This document shows positions 49,080 through 61,600 of a DNA stretch of 64,000 nucleotides, piece after piece. Below the pieces are notes generated by a model. The model made no database searches, had not been told where the DNA came from, and was given only the letters and a program-made list of their open reading frames with translations. The stretch's first letter is position 1. The number at the start of each line of letters is the position of its first letter. Made by a program: the position numbers and the translations under genes. The DNA comes from Pseudogymnoascus verrucosus (Eukaryota), in NCBI GenBank assembly GCA_001662655.1, contig KV460234.1; one strand, 5' to 3'.

Positions 49080-49719
49080 ATGGCGACGTCAGCCGCTAGA
49101 TTCGCACGGCCACTGCGCCTAGGCACAAAGCCTGTTTTCCTGTTCGTCTACGACCCTCTACTGGAGACTCCCGACCCCATACTGACCATTTTCTCCTAGG
49201 CCAAACTTCACCATAACCCTCACCCGCAACCCCCCTCAAACTCCCGCAACCCACGCCTCCTTCATCGTCCCCCTCAACCTCAACAAGCTCGATCTTCGCG
49301 ACTACCTCTTCAATGTCTACTCGGTGCGCGTTTTAGGCGTACGCTCATACATCCAGCAGCAAAAAGTTCGACAGGACAAGCCCGGAGCCCGACGCCCGGC
49401 ACAGCGCAAGTGGTACCGTCCGCGGGCCATCAAGAAGATGATTGTTGAGATGGAGCAGCCATTTGAGTGGCCAGAGGAGACGACGGATCTGGCGGCCTGG
49501 GACAAGGTCACCTATGATGCGGCAAAGGGGGAGCAGAAGGCGGACCAGGAGCTGAATAACCCGACGTTTAAGAAGCAGCCCAGCAGAGAGAGGGAGAGCA
49601 TTGCGGAGCAGGCGGCGAAATTATTGGATGGGACGGATGCGTGGAAGTCGAAGGATGAGTGGGAAGATGTTGGGGAGGCGGAGGAGGTGGAGCAGGATGT
49701 TGTGCTGCCAAGGCAATAG
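49080..49719 (+). CDS. MRP20: Mitochondrial ribosomal protein uL23m (Mrp20-like)
   Basis: Exons 49080-49141 and 49200-49719. Motifs VFLPNFTITL, FIVPLNLNKLDLRDYLFNVY and KKMIVEMEQPFEWP. Confidence 0.88.
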
Positions 49720-49925
49720 GGGGATGGTAGAAATGGCGCGTGGATGGACGGAAGTGTTGTATTATAAGTATTATATGGGAGCATTTGTAATTCTATGTTC
49801 ATGAAGTCTTGAATACGCAATACATGATTGCATATACTATGGTATATATTTCCTTGCCCAAGTTTGTGACTTGTAGCACCCCATGCCATCTCTCCTCCAC
49901 TCTCCATTGAAGCCGGTGCCACCTA

Positions 49926-51404
49926 TTATTCTATATTCCCGGCCTCCTGATTAGTGTTGGCACATTCAGTCCAATGCTCTAAGCGCTGAAACTTCAGTAC
50001 TTCATTGCCCCACGCCCAGCTGTGTGCCGTAAGGTTACGTGCAAAAATCTCCAAGCAGTGCGGTAGAACCAGGGAGGATGGAAGCAGGGGTGCAAAGAGA
50101 GCCATGAGATTTGGCTTCCGTGAGTGCATGTCGGGCGCGGCGATTATGACTCGGCGTTTGACTGGCGTGGGCTGAACACCGGGCTGCTCTCCTGATTTCC
50201 CAACCTCTTCCTCTTCCCCTCCCTTCCTCTCATCGAAGACTTCGTCAAGCTCGCTTTTTGAACCAACCTCGCACGGGTCGGTACTTATTTCTGCCCTGGG
50301 AATTTTTCGCCCAACGAGCAGAATCTCAAATGGCTTCCTCCACGTTCCATCAATTGGTGACATCGGCTCCCCGGTCGCTGTGATTTTTAGCCACACCCAT
50401 TCCTCCACAAGCTCAATGCCCCATTCACCAAATAATCCTCTTTCTCCATCTTTTCCCAGCAGCAAGTCTCGAAATATCTCTTTGTTCGTTATCCACACTC
50501 CAACCAAGCCGTTTTTCTCAAGCTTGCTTCTGATGGGAATACCAGATAACAAAGTGCTAATCTCTGATAATCCATAGGATGTATGATAATTTCCGGCGCG
50601 ACGTGCAGAACGGTTGGGCCAAGGGGGGTCAAGAATAATGAGAGGAAATTGGGGCGCCTTTTGGATGAGGATGGGGAGGGTAGAAATGATTTCGCCCTGG
50701 ATGTGTGTGCTGTTTACAGGAACTATGGCGGGGATATCGCTCCCTGGAAGAGAAAGGGTAACTGTATGTCCCATAAGGTTTTTGAAGAGTGGAAAAGGGG
50801 ACAATGGTAAAGAATCAGTGGCACCTCCTTGGCCGGTGCCGTTCTGGCAGCTAGGTACGGACGATGGCGGCAGTGGGGATGAGGCACCATTGCTTCCTTC
50901 TCCCGCTTTGTGACTTATGTGATGGCGTTTCTCCGGCCTCCCATCTTGCAAACTGGACTGCTTGTCATCATAACATGAACGGGGCAGACACCAGGCTTTT
51001 GGGCCGTCGCCATTACTCTCTATCGCGTCTCTTGCTTCTTCTAGAGCCAACGCAAGAATCCGGTGAAGTATCAGGTCATTGATATCTGTATCTGGATTTA
51101 CCAGGGCGGCAATCGCTTTCTGGGACTTCAGGGCGGCAACCGCTTTCTCGGATTTTGGCTCGAGAGATGGATACGGTTGTTCCAACGGAGGCGAAGACCA
51201 CAGTTTTCTTTCACCGCCATGTTCAAATTGCTGCGCAACCTCTATAGAGCAAGGGACATCGAGTAGCGTGACTGTATGGTCTTCATTTTGCCACAAAATG
51301 CACGTCTTCTTCTCGTTGGAGTTGGGGATTGCATCGTCTCCCATAGTTGTTGCCGCCATCGTCACAATCGTCGAAGCACGTGCCTCAAACATGTTCCAGG
51401 CCAT
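49926..51404 (-). CDS. MT-A70 family adenine methyltransferase (METTL4-like)
   Basis: IILDPPWPNRS catalytic motif, VGVWITNK, WVWLKIT..GEP, KPFE, HSRKP and LEIFARNL...WGNE. The exact start Met is uncertain. Confidence 0.9.
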   Translation of the reverse strand: MAWNMFEARASTIVTMAATTMGDDAIPNSNEKKTCILWQNEDHTVTLLDVPCSIEVAQQFEHGGERKLWSSPPLEQPYPSLEPKSEKAVAALKSQKAIAALVNPDTDINDLILHRILALALEEARDAIESNGDGPKAWCLPRSCYDDKQSSLQDGRPEKRHHISHKAGEGSNGASSPLPPSSVPSCQNGTGQGGATDSLPLSPFPLFKNLMGHTVTLSLPGSDIPAIVPVNSTHIQGEIISTLPILIQKAPQFPLIILDPPWPNRSARRAGNYHTSYGLSEISTLLSGIPIRSKLEKNGLVGVWITNKEIFRDLLLGKDGERGLFGEWGIELVEEWVWLKITATGEPMSPIDGTWRKPFEILLVGRKIPRAEISTDPCEVGSKSELDEVFDERKGGEEEEVGKSGEQPGVQPTPVKRRVIIAAPDMHSRKPNLMALFAPLLPSSLVLPHCLEIFARNLTAHSWAWGNEVLKFQRLEHWTECANTNQEAGNIE

Positions 51405-51952
51405 TCGCCAACGCCGCTACTTCCTAGCGCCTAAAAGTCTAAATTGTCAATGATCATGTGACCTAGTCTAGTTCACGTGCCCAGACATGTTCAAGGCAAA
51501 CAGGGTCCCAAGCCACCGTAAGCAGCGCTAGTTAACAATACTCGTAATAAACATGAAGACTCTTAGTCACTTAATATTATAATTGCCATATTAGTTATAT
51601 AGATTTAGAGCTTATAGAGTGGCGGGAGCGGTATAGATCGTGTGGATAGATAGGGTTTGTATAAAACGTCATACATGTCGATTTACAAACTTGAAAGCTC
51701 GGCAATGGGGGCGAAAGGATCCCTGCCGAAGCCGAGCCGACGGTATGCGGGGTGCGAAAACGTAACGGGCTCACATTTGTTCCAGTTCCAATCCTCCAAT
51801 TGCCAATCAGACCACAGCCAAATGGGCAACATAATTCATTATAGTTAACAAAATTCGCCTCAAAATCTTGACATGCACTCCTCATAACCCTACAGAGAAC
51901 ATCTATATAAACCTCTTAGCGGCGGCGAGGCATGCCACCGGCTCGCTAAGCT

Positions 51953-53222
51953 ATGCCCCCGGCCTTGTTAAGCCATGCCTCCCTCTCCGCGCCGACGACA
52001 CTCACGACAACGACACCGCCGATGAATAGACCTCGAGAGATAGATGCGCGTGGGGAGCATGGACCTAGAGGTGCTGCTGTCTGTCCCACCGACGACGAGG
52101 CTGTGACGCCGAGGGCGCGCCCGAATAAACAGAGCCTAGACTACCTTTGGCGAAGTGGGCTCGCCGGCGGTCTTGCAGGATGTGCTGTTCGTGACACTCT
52201 CCCTTCTTCCTCCCAGTCGCAATTGTGCTAATAGTACCCCCCAGGCTAAATCACTTGTCGCGCCGCTTGACCGAGTCAAAATCCTCTTCCAATCCTCCAA
52301 CCCACAGTTTGCGAGATATGCCGGGTCCTGGGCTGGCGTTTTCGCCGCGATGAGCTCGATATACCGAGATGAAGGCATCGTCGGACTCTACCGCGGGCAT
52401 TCTGCTACGATCCTCCGTATCTTCCCTTATGCCGCCATCAAGTTTCTGGCGTACGAGCAGATCCGATCCGTCATTATCCACAACCCCGAGCACGAAACAC
52501 CTATCCGACGACTACTCTCCGGCAGTCTGGCAGGCGTGACGAGCGTCTTCTTCACGTACCCTCTCGAAGTTATCAGAGTGCGCCTGGCATTCGAGACGAG
52601 GAAAGACCACCGTAATGGCTTCACCGACATCGTCAGGACGATATACCACGAGCAGCCGGCGGCGCGCCGGCCAACCCCGTCAATAACCTCAACTTCTGCG
52701 CCTGTCGCAACCATCCAAGCAGCTGAGAAGGTTGCCGTCGAAACGCTTCACAAAGTCGCGCCCCGAGGCGGCCTGATAAACTTCTATCGTGGGTTCTCGC
52801 CGACGATGCTGGGGATGCTTCCGTATGCCGGAATGTCATTTTTGACTCACGATACTGCGGGAGATTTATTACGCCATCATTCTATTGCGAAGTATACCAC
52901 ATACGCCAGGCCTGCGGGGTATCCTGAGGGAAAGCCTGATCCATTGAAATCTTGGGCTGAGCTATTCGCGGGTGGTATTGCGGGGTTGGTGAGCCAGACC
53001 TCGAGTTACCCGCTGGAGGTGATCCGGAGACGCATGCAAGTTGGTGGAGCAGTGGGAGATGGACGGCGGTTACGTATCCGTGAAACGGCGGGGATTATAT
53101 TCAAGGAGAAGGGCTTCAGAGGGTTCTGGGTGGGACTGAGTATTGGATATGTGAAGGTTGTGCCCATGGTTGCTGTGAGCTTCTTTGTGTATGAGAGGGG
53201 TAAGACGTGGTTGGGTATTTAG
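51953..53222 (+). CDS. LEU5: Mitochondrial carrier, LEU5-like CoA transporter
   Basis: Exons 51953-52186 and 52245-53222. Three Px[DE]xx[KR] motifs (PLDRVK, PLEVIR twice) and RIFPYAAIKF. Confidence 0.88.
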
Positions 53223-53556
53223 ATTAGATCTGCTGATAGCATAGCTTTGCGGAAGCGTTAGATTAGAGGATACCCAGCGGAAGGAGTTGCGGTGGGAGGC
53301 AGCATGCATTGGTGCATTTGTTGGCGTTTCGTAAATACGTGGTTGGACAGCGGCTAGATTTCAAATAACAAATATATATATCAGTTCAAAAGATGCAGTC
53401 TAATGAGTGTTCGCTTCCCCAGCCCTGTCAGGATTCCCAGTGGGACTAAATGGATTTAGAGGCAGATTGACCAGTAATGCAGTATTATATTACAAGAATA
53501 CGAGTATTATCTATTACTAACTATGATACCGCCTTACTCCATCGCAAATCGCCTGC

Positions 53557-55257
53557 TTATCCCGCTTGATACAGCCCCAAGGCAACGACATGTGGATTGA
53601 TAGAGCTAAGGTTAAACATCGAGAACGGATCATCCGTATCAGTAAGTCCAATGAACATAGTCCCATTAATTGCCGGATCGCCTTCAAATGTGCTGATATC
53701 GGGCTGCAGCGTCGTCCCACTGCCCGTTCCGTTCGGCACCAGCTTGATGTCCTCTAGCGGCGAGTACGTGACGTTGAGCTGCGATACCCAAACCACAAAC
53801 TTGGGATCCTTGGCCAGCGTGCTCGTCACGTAGGAGTTGTTCGGTCCGACAGGCTTTCCGGGGGCGTCCCAGGATAAGAAGACCTGGCGTCCTGGGAAGG
53901 ACAATGGGATCGAGTGGTTCTGGGAAATAGAGCCCCCGCAGGAGTCGCCGGTCTTGTTGGTCAAAGTACAAGAGGCATTTCCGGCCGCAGCTTCACTTCC
54001 CGGAGCAGCAGGACCCCAGCCCACAGTCTCGTTACTGGAGGTCTTGGTAGTGTTCCCAGCAGATCCCCCTGCGCTGGCGCCCTGTGAGGCGTTCACAAGG
54101 GCCGCGCTAGGTTGGTTTAGGATGTGCAGTTCCGGGAAGTTCTGCCAGGCGAGACGCTTCGCGTTGGATGGGCAGGAGGCAATGTATGGCGCAAGGTAAG
54201 TCCATGCCCATGACTGCGGGATGCCAGTCTCGAACCAGACGGGCATTGGGAAGAGGCCGCCGAGCTGGCGGAAGATCATCGATTGGCGACCTTCTGTTGC
54301 GATGGACTGGTCGAGGAGCTGGGCTGACTCGCGCGAGTCTAGATGTGCTTGGAAACCCCAGACACCAGATTCACCCCACTGAGTAAGCTTTGCGGCGAAG
54401 TCGAAAGCTTCGTCCAGTGTCTCGTACGGGTAGTGGTAGCTACACTGTGGGGTCGATCCACCGGGGCCGCCGAGCAGATTGCTCACGAGAGTAGCGTGGC
54501 CATTCTCTTGCTCGGCCATAAACTCGACCAGGAAGCGGTCGCTGGCGGTTAGATTCAGCTTGGCAAAGTCGGCTTCGGAGAAGCGGTTCAGAATATCTTT
54601 GAAAAGATCCAGCTCGATCCACTCCTGATAGAGGCCAAGGAGTAGCGACTGGTAATCAAAATCGGACTGAACGCGGTATACCGGCTCGGTGCCATTGGTT
54701 CCGAGTCCACCGGCTGGCTGGAAGGGGATCGTCTGATTGCTCTGGAGAATTCCGTTCGCTTTAAACACTGTTGCTTCAGGGTTGGGCGGGAGGGCCGAGA
54801 TAGTGCCGTTCAATGCTCCCTTTGCAATTGCACCCGTTACGGTAGCACTGCCGGTGAAATTTCCACGAGTTGTCTCCGGGTTGGGGCTGACAAGAGGCTG
54901 AACAGGAATCGTAGCACCAGGGATATCGGTTGCGGGAGTCCCTGCAATCGACGCAGCTGAGGCAAGCGCTTCAGAGTTGACCGTCGCCGCCTCGTTGAAT
55001 GAAAACGGCTCTGGTGAGAAGTTGGTGTCGATGGGAAGGGAAGCACTAGTAGTACCAGTAGCTTCCGGCGAGCCACCCCCCGAACTGCCACCAGAGCTTG
55101 AGCCAGATCCGGATCCCGTGCTGCTTCCACCCAAGCTGCTTCCTCCCGTGGGCTCAGAGGTAGGGCTGGGGCTGCCGACAGCCTGTCGCATATGGAGGTC
55201 CGGAATGAGTGCATTTGCAACGGCGAGGCCAACAACAAATGTTATTCTGCCGTACAT
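53557..55257 (-). CDS. Rds1-like stress-response protein (ferritin-like domain, predicted signal peptide)
   Basis: Hydrophobic N-terminus from ATG 55257, Ser/Thr/Gly-rich linker, and motifs SDFDYQSL.LGLYQEWIELDLF, QENGHA, QWGESGVWGF and WFETGIPQSWAWT. Confidence 0.82.
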   Translation of the reverse strand: MYGRITFVVGLAVANALIPDLHMRQAVGSPSPTSEPTGGSSLGGSSTGSGSGSSSGGSSGGGSPEATGTTSASLPIDTNFSPEPFSFNEAATVNSEALASAASIAGTPATDIPGATIPVQPLVSPNPETTRGNFTGSATVTGAIAKGALNGTISALPPNPEATVFKANGILQSNQTIPFQPAGGLGTNGTEPVYRVQSDFDYQSLLLGLYQEWIELDLFKDILNRFSEADFAKLNLTASDRFLVEFMAEQENGHATLVSNLLGGPGGSTPQCSYHYPYETLDEAFDFAAKLTQWGESGVWGFQAHLDSRESAQLLDQSIATEGRQSMIFRQLGGLFPMPVWFETGIPQSWAWTYLAPYIASCPSNAKRLAWQNFPELHILNQPSAALVNASQGASAGGSAGNTTKTSSNETVGWGPAAPGSEAAAGNASCTLTNKTGDSCGGSISQNHSIPLSFPGRQVFLSWDAPGKPVGPNNSYVTSTLAKDPKFVVWVSQLNVTYSPLEDIKLVPNGTGSGTTLQPDISTFEGDPAINGTMFIGLTDTDDPFSMFNLSSINPHVVALGLYQAG

Positions 55258-56237
55258 GGTGAAAGATATCCCCGAGTAAAAAAAGGACAAAACGGGTGTG
55301 GTAAGTATGAGAAACCAAAATGTTCAAGAACAAACCCCCAATAGTTTTATATCGATCCACCATGAACTTGATGTCACTACTCAAAGGAAACCATGACGCC
55401 TTGATAGTCTGCCCTACCCTATTTATCCGAGATGTGATAAGAGTTGATGCTTTATATCCAGTGCCCCTAATTCGCTATGAGGGGGTAAGTTAGTGGGATT
55501 CGGAAACGCCAAGGGTCTGTCTAGTATGTACTGTATGGGGTGTCGATGCCCTCCCTCCATTATACACTATGGGACGATTCACGTAAATATACCCCTCGAG
55601 TCGTTGTAATCCAGGCATCTTGAGGGGGTAGTGAAAGGGTCGTCGCACACCAATCATAGCTCAAGGTCCCGAGTTATATATGACCCTATCTTTCTTCTGG
55701 TTGTGATCTAAGGGGGACATTTGACATAATGAAAGAGATACGCACACCAATCGCGATGCACGTCGAGATCTTTCAACGCGGCCACTAGAATAATAAACCG
55801 TCTTAGACCACGCACTAATAGATGATGTAGATAACCTTCATTTAGTGCTTGGATAATGCTGATTTGCACATACACTGCATGCGAGTAATACATATTACCT
55901 GTCTAAGAGGAGATTTGTGGGGAGTAGTTCCGTTCTCTGGTTCTCTTCCCCACCAATGTCGTCAAAACCATTAATATACTCCGGCAAAAGATCTTCCCGT
56001 CCCGTCCGGGTCCAAGCATAAATCAACATCACATCTCCACAATATCAATCGACCTACCTCCTCCACAAACAGACTGCCATTCATTTCCAGCAACGATAAT
56101 TCTTACAGTTTCTAGCAACGATAGTATTAATATACGTTATTAGCTTCATAGGTTGTAAGCCAGTAATTAATCTTCTTATTTCCATCCACAGAAATTTACT
56201 ATTTATTAGGATTCTCAACTGGAGATCTACTCTAACT

Positions 56238-58222
56238 TCATATATCAATCACCAGTCTGCCAAGAGCAATCGCAGCCTCTGCCCCGGGATCTGGGCCAAT
56301 GGTGCCATCCAAACGGCGATAGAGGCAGCGATCCCGTCTGTTCCTCCGGACGCACGTACTGCAGAATGGCCTCGCTTTATCACACTTTGTTTTCCCGACC
56401 TTGCAGCACTCACACCTGGGGTCGTCTGCTGGATCCCTAGGCCGCGCCTTTGAGGGCCGTGTGGGACTATCAGCGACAAAGCCGACGTTGGTATCTGTTG
56501 TTAAGCTTTTTGTTGGCGATAGCGTGTTAGCATGTTGTTCCACCCCCATCATTTGTTCCAGTATTCCAGGCCTTCGAGTGTCTGACCTGAGCGCGACCCT
56601 GCCATATGTACCGTGCTGTACATCTTTGCCATGATTGCGATAGTTACGAGGAGACTTGGTTGGAGTGTCTTTCTGTCTAAGCCTAGACATGGCATATGTG
56701 ATGCCATCTTCATAATCGCTATCACTCAGCTCCTCATCATTATGAATCTGGCGATCGCGCCGATAAGGAGTATATCGGACATCAGGATAGTCGTCCTCAT
56801 CCGCATCCTTGCGTGCGTTCTCCGCCTCTGGAGCTACCCAAAAAGCAAGCGAAGACCGGGGGACATCTTGCATCTGAATAGAAGGGGGGCCAGCGATGCT
56901 GCGAAGGTTCTCAAAGATTCTTATTTTAGTTTCTTCGAGAAGCCGGACAGTGTTCTGGTTTTTCTTATCAGCTGCCGCGCAGACATCTAGTTTATAGTCT
57001 GGAGCATAGTACTATATCTGCAATTAGCTTCTCGATGTTCTATAAGAGGTTTTCGCTGACTTACTTCGTAATATTCATCATTCACGGGAAGATCTGAGGG
57101 TTGAAGGTCAGTACCCACAAGAACGCCCGTCTCATAAGCCCAGGTTCGAGCAACATTGCGGATGGTGTACCCGCCGCCACCCAGAACCAGGGTCGGAACG
57201 GAGAGCCGCTTCACAAACTCAATGCAGTTTGCATGGCCCCGCATACTCAGATTGAGCCCGCCAAGCTTGTCCTGATTGAGACTGTCTGCACCACACTGGA
57301 GAACAATGACTGAGGGGCAGAAACGAGCCATGATGTCTTCAATCACTGGTTCAAAAACTCCTTTGTAAGAGGCATCGTCAATGCCTTTACTAAGTGGGAA
57401 ATTGACTGAAAAGTTCCGGCCTTTTCCGCGTCCAACGTCGCTCAGTGATCCTGTCTGAGGGAAAAAGCCGGCACTGGGACTATACTGGTGAAAACTGGCC
57501 GTCATGACGCGATCAGTCGTTAAAAACGCGGTTTCAACTGCGTCTCCATGATGGACATCGATGTCAATGTAAAGAACGCGGGGATAGTGGCGGAGCAGTT
57601 CCAGGATGCCTAGTACGATATCTGCCACCTCGTAAGCTGATATGATCAAAGAGAATTGGATCCACAAATTTACCATTGATGTAACAAAATCCGGATGCTT
57701 GTGATTTCATGGCATGATGAAGCCCGCCAGCCCAGTTAATAGCAATATCGCAGTTGCCAAGACCAAGTTTTGCAGCTCCTTCTAAGCTTCCTGCGGCAGA
57801 TATGGCGCTGAGTCTGAAGACTCCTTCAAAAGCAGGACAGTCGTTCTCGCCAAGGCCGAAACACTCTTCGGGGGGTGGTAGCACGGTTTCTGGCGTTACC
57901 CTCTCCAAGAAGTCGACATATTCGTCGGCGTGGAAGGCTTTCATCTCATCTGCAGTCGCAGGCTTTGCGCGCTTTAATGGGCGTCAGTATGTTACCAGAT
58001 CCTTTGATAGTTGACGCCTACAAGGATGGATAGTTTCTTGTATATCCCGGTGTGCATGATAAGACTGTGTGCCATCTTGATTCGTTGTGGCTCCATAGGA
58101 TGTTCCCCGCGATAGTAATGGTTGGCTACCTCCTCATCATAGTAGTATGAAATCCTCTTGGTGTTTTGGGACTTGAGAACCCTCAGATCGAGGGGAGGAT
58201 ACGAGACGTTGTTGGAACTCAT
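56238..58222 (-). CDS. Class I (Rpd3-like) histone deacetylase fused to a C-terminal Zn(II)2Cys6 domain (~609 aa)
   Basis: Exons 58222-58022, 57971-57674, 57621-57065, 57011-56238. HDAC motifs [26 protein letters not shown] and GGGGYT. Last exon encodes C-x2-C-x6-C-x6-C-x2-C-x8-C at 56414-56325. Confidence 0.88.
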
Positions 58223-58670
58223 GGTTGCTCATCTGCAAACACGCAACATAACAGAAAGATTAAAAGGGTTGCTGAAAAAAGAGTGATGGATAGATCCAGG
58301 GTACCGGCAGGGTGCTTCTGTGGGAATGGGGACGTGAAATCAAAAACAAACTTGTGTGGGGGAGGGGCGGATCCAACTACAATGCCAGACGTTTTCCCCG
58401 GGACGTTTAAACACTTCTGCCATTGCGGCGGACACTTTATGCATATTTAACTCTGCCTGACAGAACTGTTCAGGTGGCTGTAAAATCCGAAGAGCAGCGT
58501 TAACATTACGCGTTCGACTTAACTTATACTATGTTACTAAATATCCCATTGGATTCGTATTTCAACGAGATTCAATAAATAGGTCTCAAAACGGCCACAT
58601 GCACTTCGTATAGGTATGTTCCGCGTGAATTATCTTGAGATTTGCCGCTAAACTAACATACATAGGCAAT

Positions 58671-61600
58671 CTATTTTTGGGAAACTAAGCCATCAATGAT
58701 CTCTTGGGGACTCTGTCCACTCCACCCCTTTAACCTTTCCTCGCTACAGGTATCCACAAGTCGTTCCAGGAGTATCTGCGCTGTAAGTCCCTTCTTGCCC
58801 TCCAGGGCAACTTGTGCCTTCAACCAGCTAACCACGCCGAATCTCGTGAGAAGTGTTTCGGATCCCCCTTCGATTTCCGTCGCTCTCCAGACAATTTGTA
58901 GAATCTTTTCGCGTAGGTTATCAGCCATGTACACGTTGCTATAGAGGCCCAGAGCTTTCTCAAACACTCTCCTCTTGTGGAAGATTGCTAACTCCTCTGT
59001 AGTCATGAGAGATGATAGCAGGTAAGAAAGGAGCCAAGTAAGCTCCGTATACCGAGCATCATCCAGGGTCGGTGGGCTGGAAATTACAGCATGAACGAGA
59101 GGTAGTTTGTCTGCCTCCCAGCTTGGGCCTAATGTCAAGAAGCTGTTCACCTTTGCGTACAAAACGTGCAGGGGGTCAATGAGCACCCCCAAAGCCGACG
59201 CAGCAAAGACCGTAATCGTGCACGGCACAGGTTTTACGTTGACGATAGGCTTCACTGTCTCGAGAAGTTCGCAGAGAAGCAGCCAGAGTGGTTCTTTCTC
59301 CGGGTAGCTGGAAGATTTCAACGTGTGGTTGATCTTGGAAAGGGCGGTGAGAGCTTCGACACGGGCGGAAAGAGTCGGAGAGCTGAGGAGGTGAATAAGG
59401 GAGGCAATCTGGCCTTCTTCGATTAGAAACTCGATTTCTTTGCCCGGCCAACGTGACAGCGGCGTGCGGTCGTCTAGGTCTGGTAGCGACACGGCTGAGA
59501 GTGTAGCAGTAATTTCAAGTTTTTGGGTGTCTGTGACAGCCGAAGCGCTCATAGTTTTCTTAAGCGCTGGGGCGATTATGGGTGAACATTCCGGGATATC
59601 AATAGAATCGACGAGTTTCTTAGAGCGGTCGATAACTTTCTGTATCTTCGGGTAAGGCAATGCGGCAGCTGAGAGGGATTTGGTGATGGACTTCAAAATC
59701 TTCTTGTCTTCGGAAATTTTCAAAGAGGCCGCCAAGTACTGCGAAATAAACGAAGAAACGGCCGCAATCTTAGCTGTATCTGCGGTTTTAACCACAAAGG
59801 GGTACTGCTCTGCAACAGCAAAATGGAGAAGGCTGACTGGAAGATTTTGTATGTTGGTTTCGTCATCTTTGGAGACAGCAGCATACTCCTGCTCTAGAGC
59901 ATCAATATACTTGATGGGTGTTGATGAGCACCGGAGAGCACAGTTGTCAACAAACTCGAAGACCAGCCCAGAGTCTTCATCTTCAATCGATGCCTTGATA
60001 GAAGCAATAAGGGCATCAACTGACGACAATACAGTCTGTGACTGTAAAATCCCATTCTCTTTGACCAAAGAATCCACAATAGACCTCATCTTTAGCAATG
60101 GCATATCTGAAGAAGCTTCGGCAAGTAGACGAAGCATGGACGTGAATGGAGAGATCGATAGGCCTTCCGATTTGTTGAACCACCTCATTCCTGGCGAACA
60201 ATGAGCGATTCGGAAAAGATTTTCGACTTCCATCACCCGCTGAGACTTATCTTCCGCTGAGGTCTCTTCTGATTCCAGTAGTTGTAATGCCTTTGATAAA
60301 GGCGTGGATACATCAAATTTGGACTCTAGCGCCGCCTGGGGTACGACTTCATAGTACATAACCAAGAGTCTACTGGCAGCTTGTTTTTGTGCGACTTCAG
60401 AATCATCAATGCTTCTGAAAGAGCTAATAGCATCTTTCATAGCAGGGCATCTTCTGCAGAATTCATCCTTGAGGTTAATGGCTGCCTCGTTCCAAAGAGG
60501 AGACATCTCAGAGGCCTCGCGATACATAGATAGAATCTTTTGGAGCTTTTCAAAAGCAACTGTCAGCAGGCGGACCACGAAAAAGGTGATTAGAGGATCT
60601 TTTTGGCCCAAACATCTCGTAAGGATTTTCTGGTTGGCTGGTTGAGGTAATATGCTTTCAATAACGATCGATGATGGTGGCGGGGTTCGTGCGTATCGTT
60701 CCAGATGTCCAAAGAATTTTGGAACGGGAAGTTGGAGTACGGAGAAGAGGAATGCCGAGTATCCCATCCACGTCGATGTGGCTTTCGGGTCGAATGGAAA
60801 GCTCTGCTTGTTGAAAAAGTAATGTGCCACCAGTTCAGGCGCAACCTTGAATATAGCAAGTAAGAGGTTTGATTGATTGGTGCTTGCCCAAGGCCGCAGA
60901 GTTTGTATGAACTCAGACAACACAGAATTGCGGACAGTGACTTTGCCATTATATCGGCTTGCCCAATCAAGGCTATCCAGGCCAAGATCGACGTGTTTTT
61001 CGGGGCCAGCACGTCTGCCAGTGTCATCTGCGTTGGCGTCCTTCGGATAGAATCCACTTTGGCGGTAAAGCAATCCCATGTCTGGGGAAGTGCAGGCTAG
61101 AACAAGCCACTCGTTAACCAGAACATCGATGGGTTTCTTATTTTCTGATGCTTCATCGTCTTCAAAGGCATATCCATACAATTGCGCAATCCGCCCGAGA
61201 TTGACTGCGTTCAGAAGCTTCGATTTGCCGTCGCGAGGGAGGGCATCATCTTGAAGTACATGGATTCTAGTGGTATCCAAAAATTCCACGATAACATGTG
61301 GAGGGTCGCGGTTGATATCTCGCGTGGCTCCTGAAACAATATCCCGTTGCCTCAAAAGTTCCTTCTTGGCATCCGTTGGAAGATACTTGACCAGAGAAAG
61401 GAAGAGGCGAAGAGCATTCGTTCGCACCGAGGGTTTCCTACGGTCTTCCACACCTTCCCCGGAATACCTAATTCCAAGGTTTCGGGGTAACCCTTTCAAG
61501 CTCAAATCTCGGATACGGAAAAGTTGGCTCGCAAGTGCGCCTCCGTCAAATATCGCAACTTCTCTTAATAATCGCAGTGCGGGCGAGATAACAAAATCTT

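Noticed and set aside
21750..58222. Dicer, MT-A70 methyltransferase and HDAC in one window as an 'epigenetic silencing cluster'
   Set aside because: They are separated by many unrelated housekeeping genes; nothing suggests co-regulation or shared boundaries.
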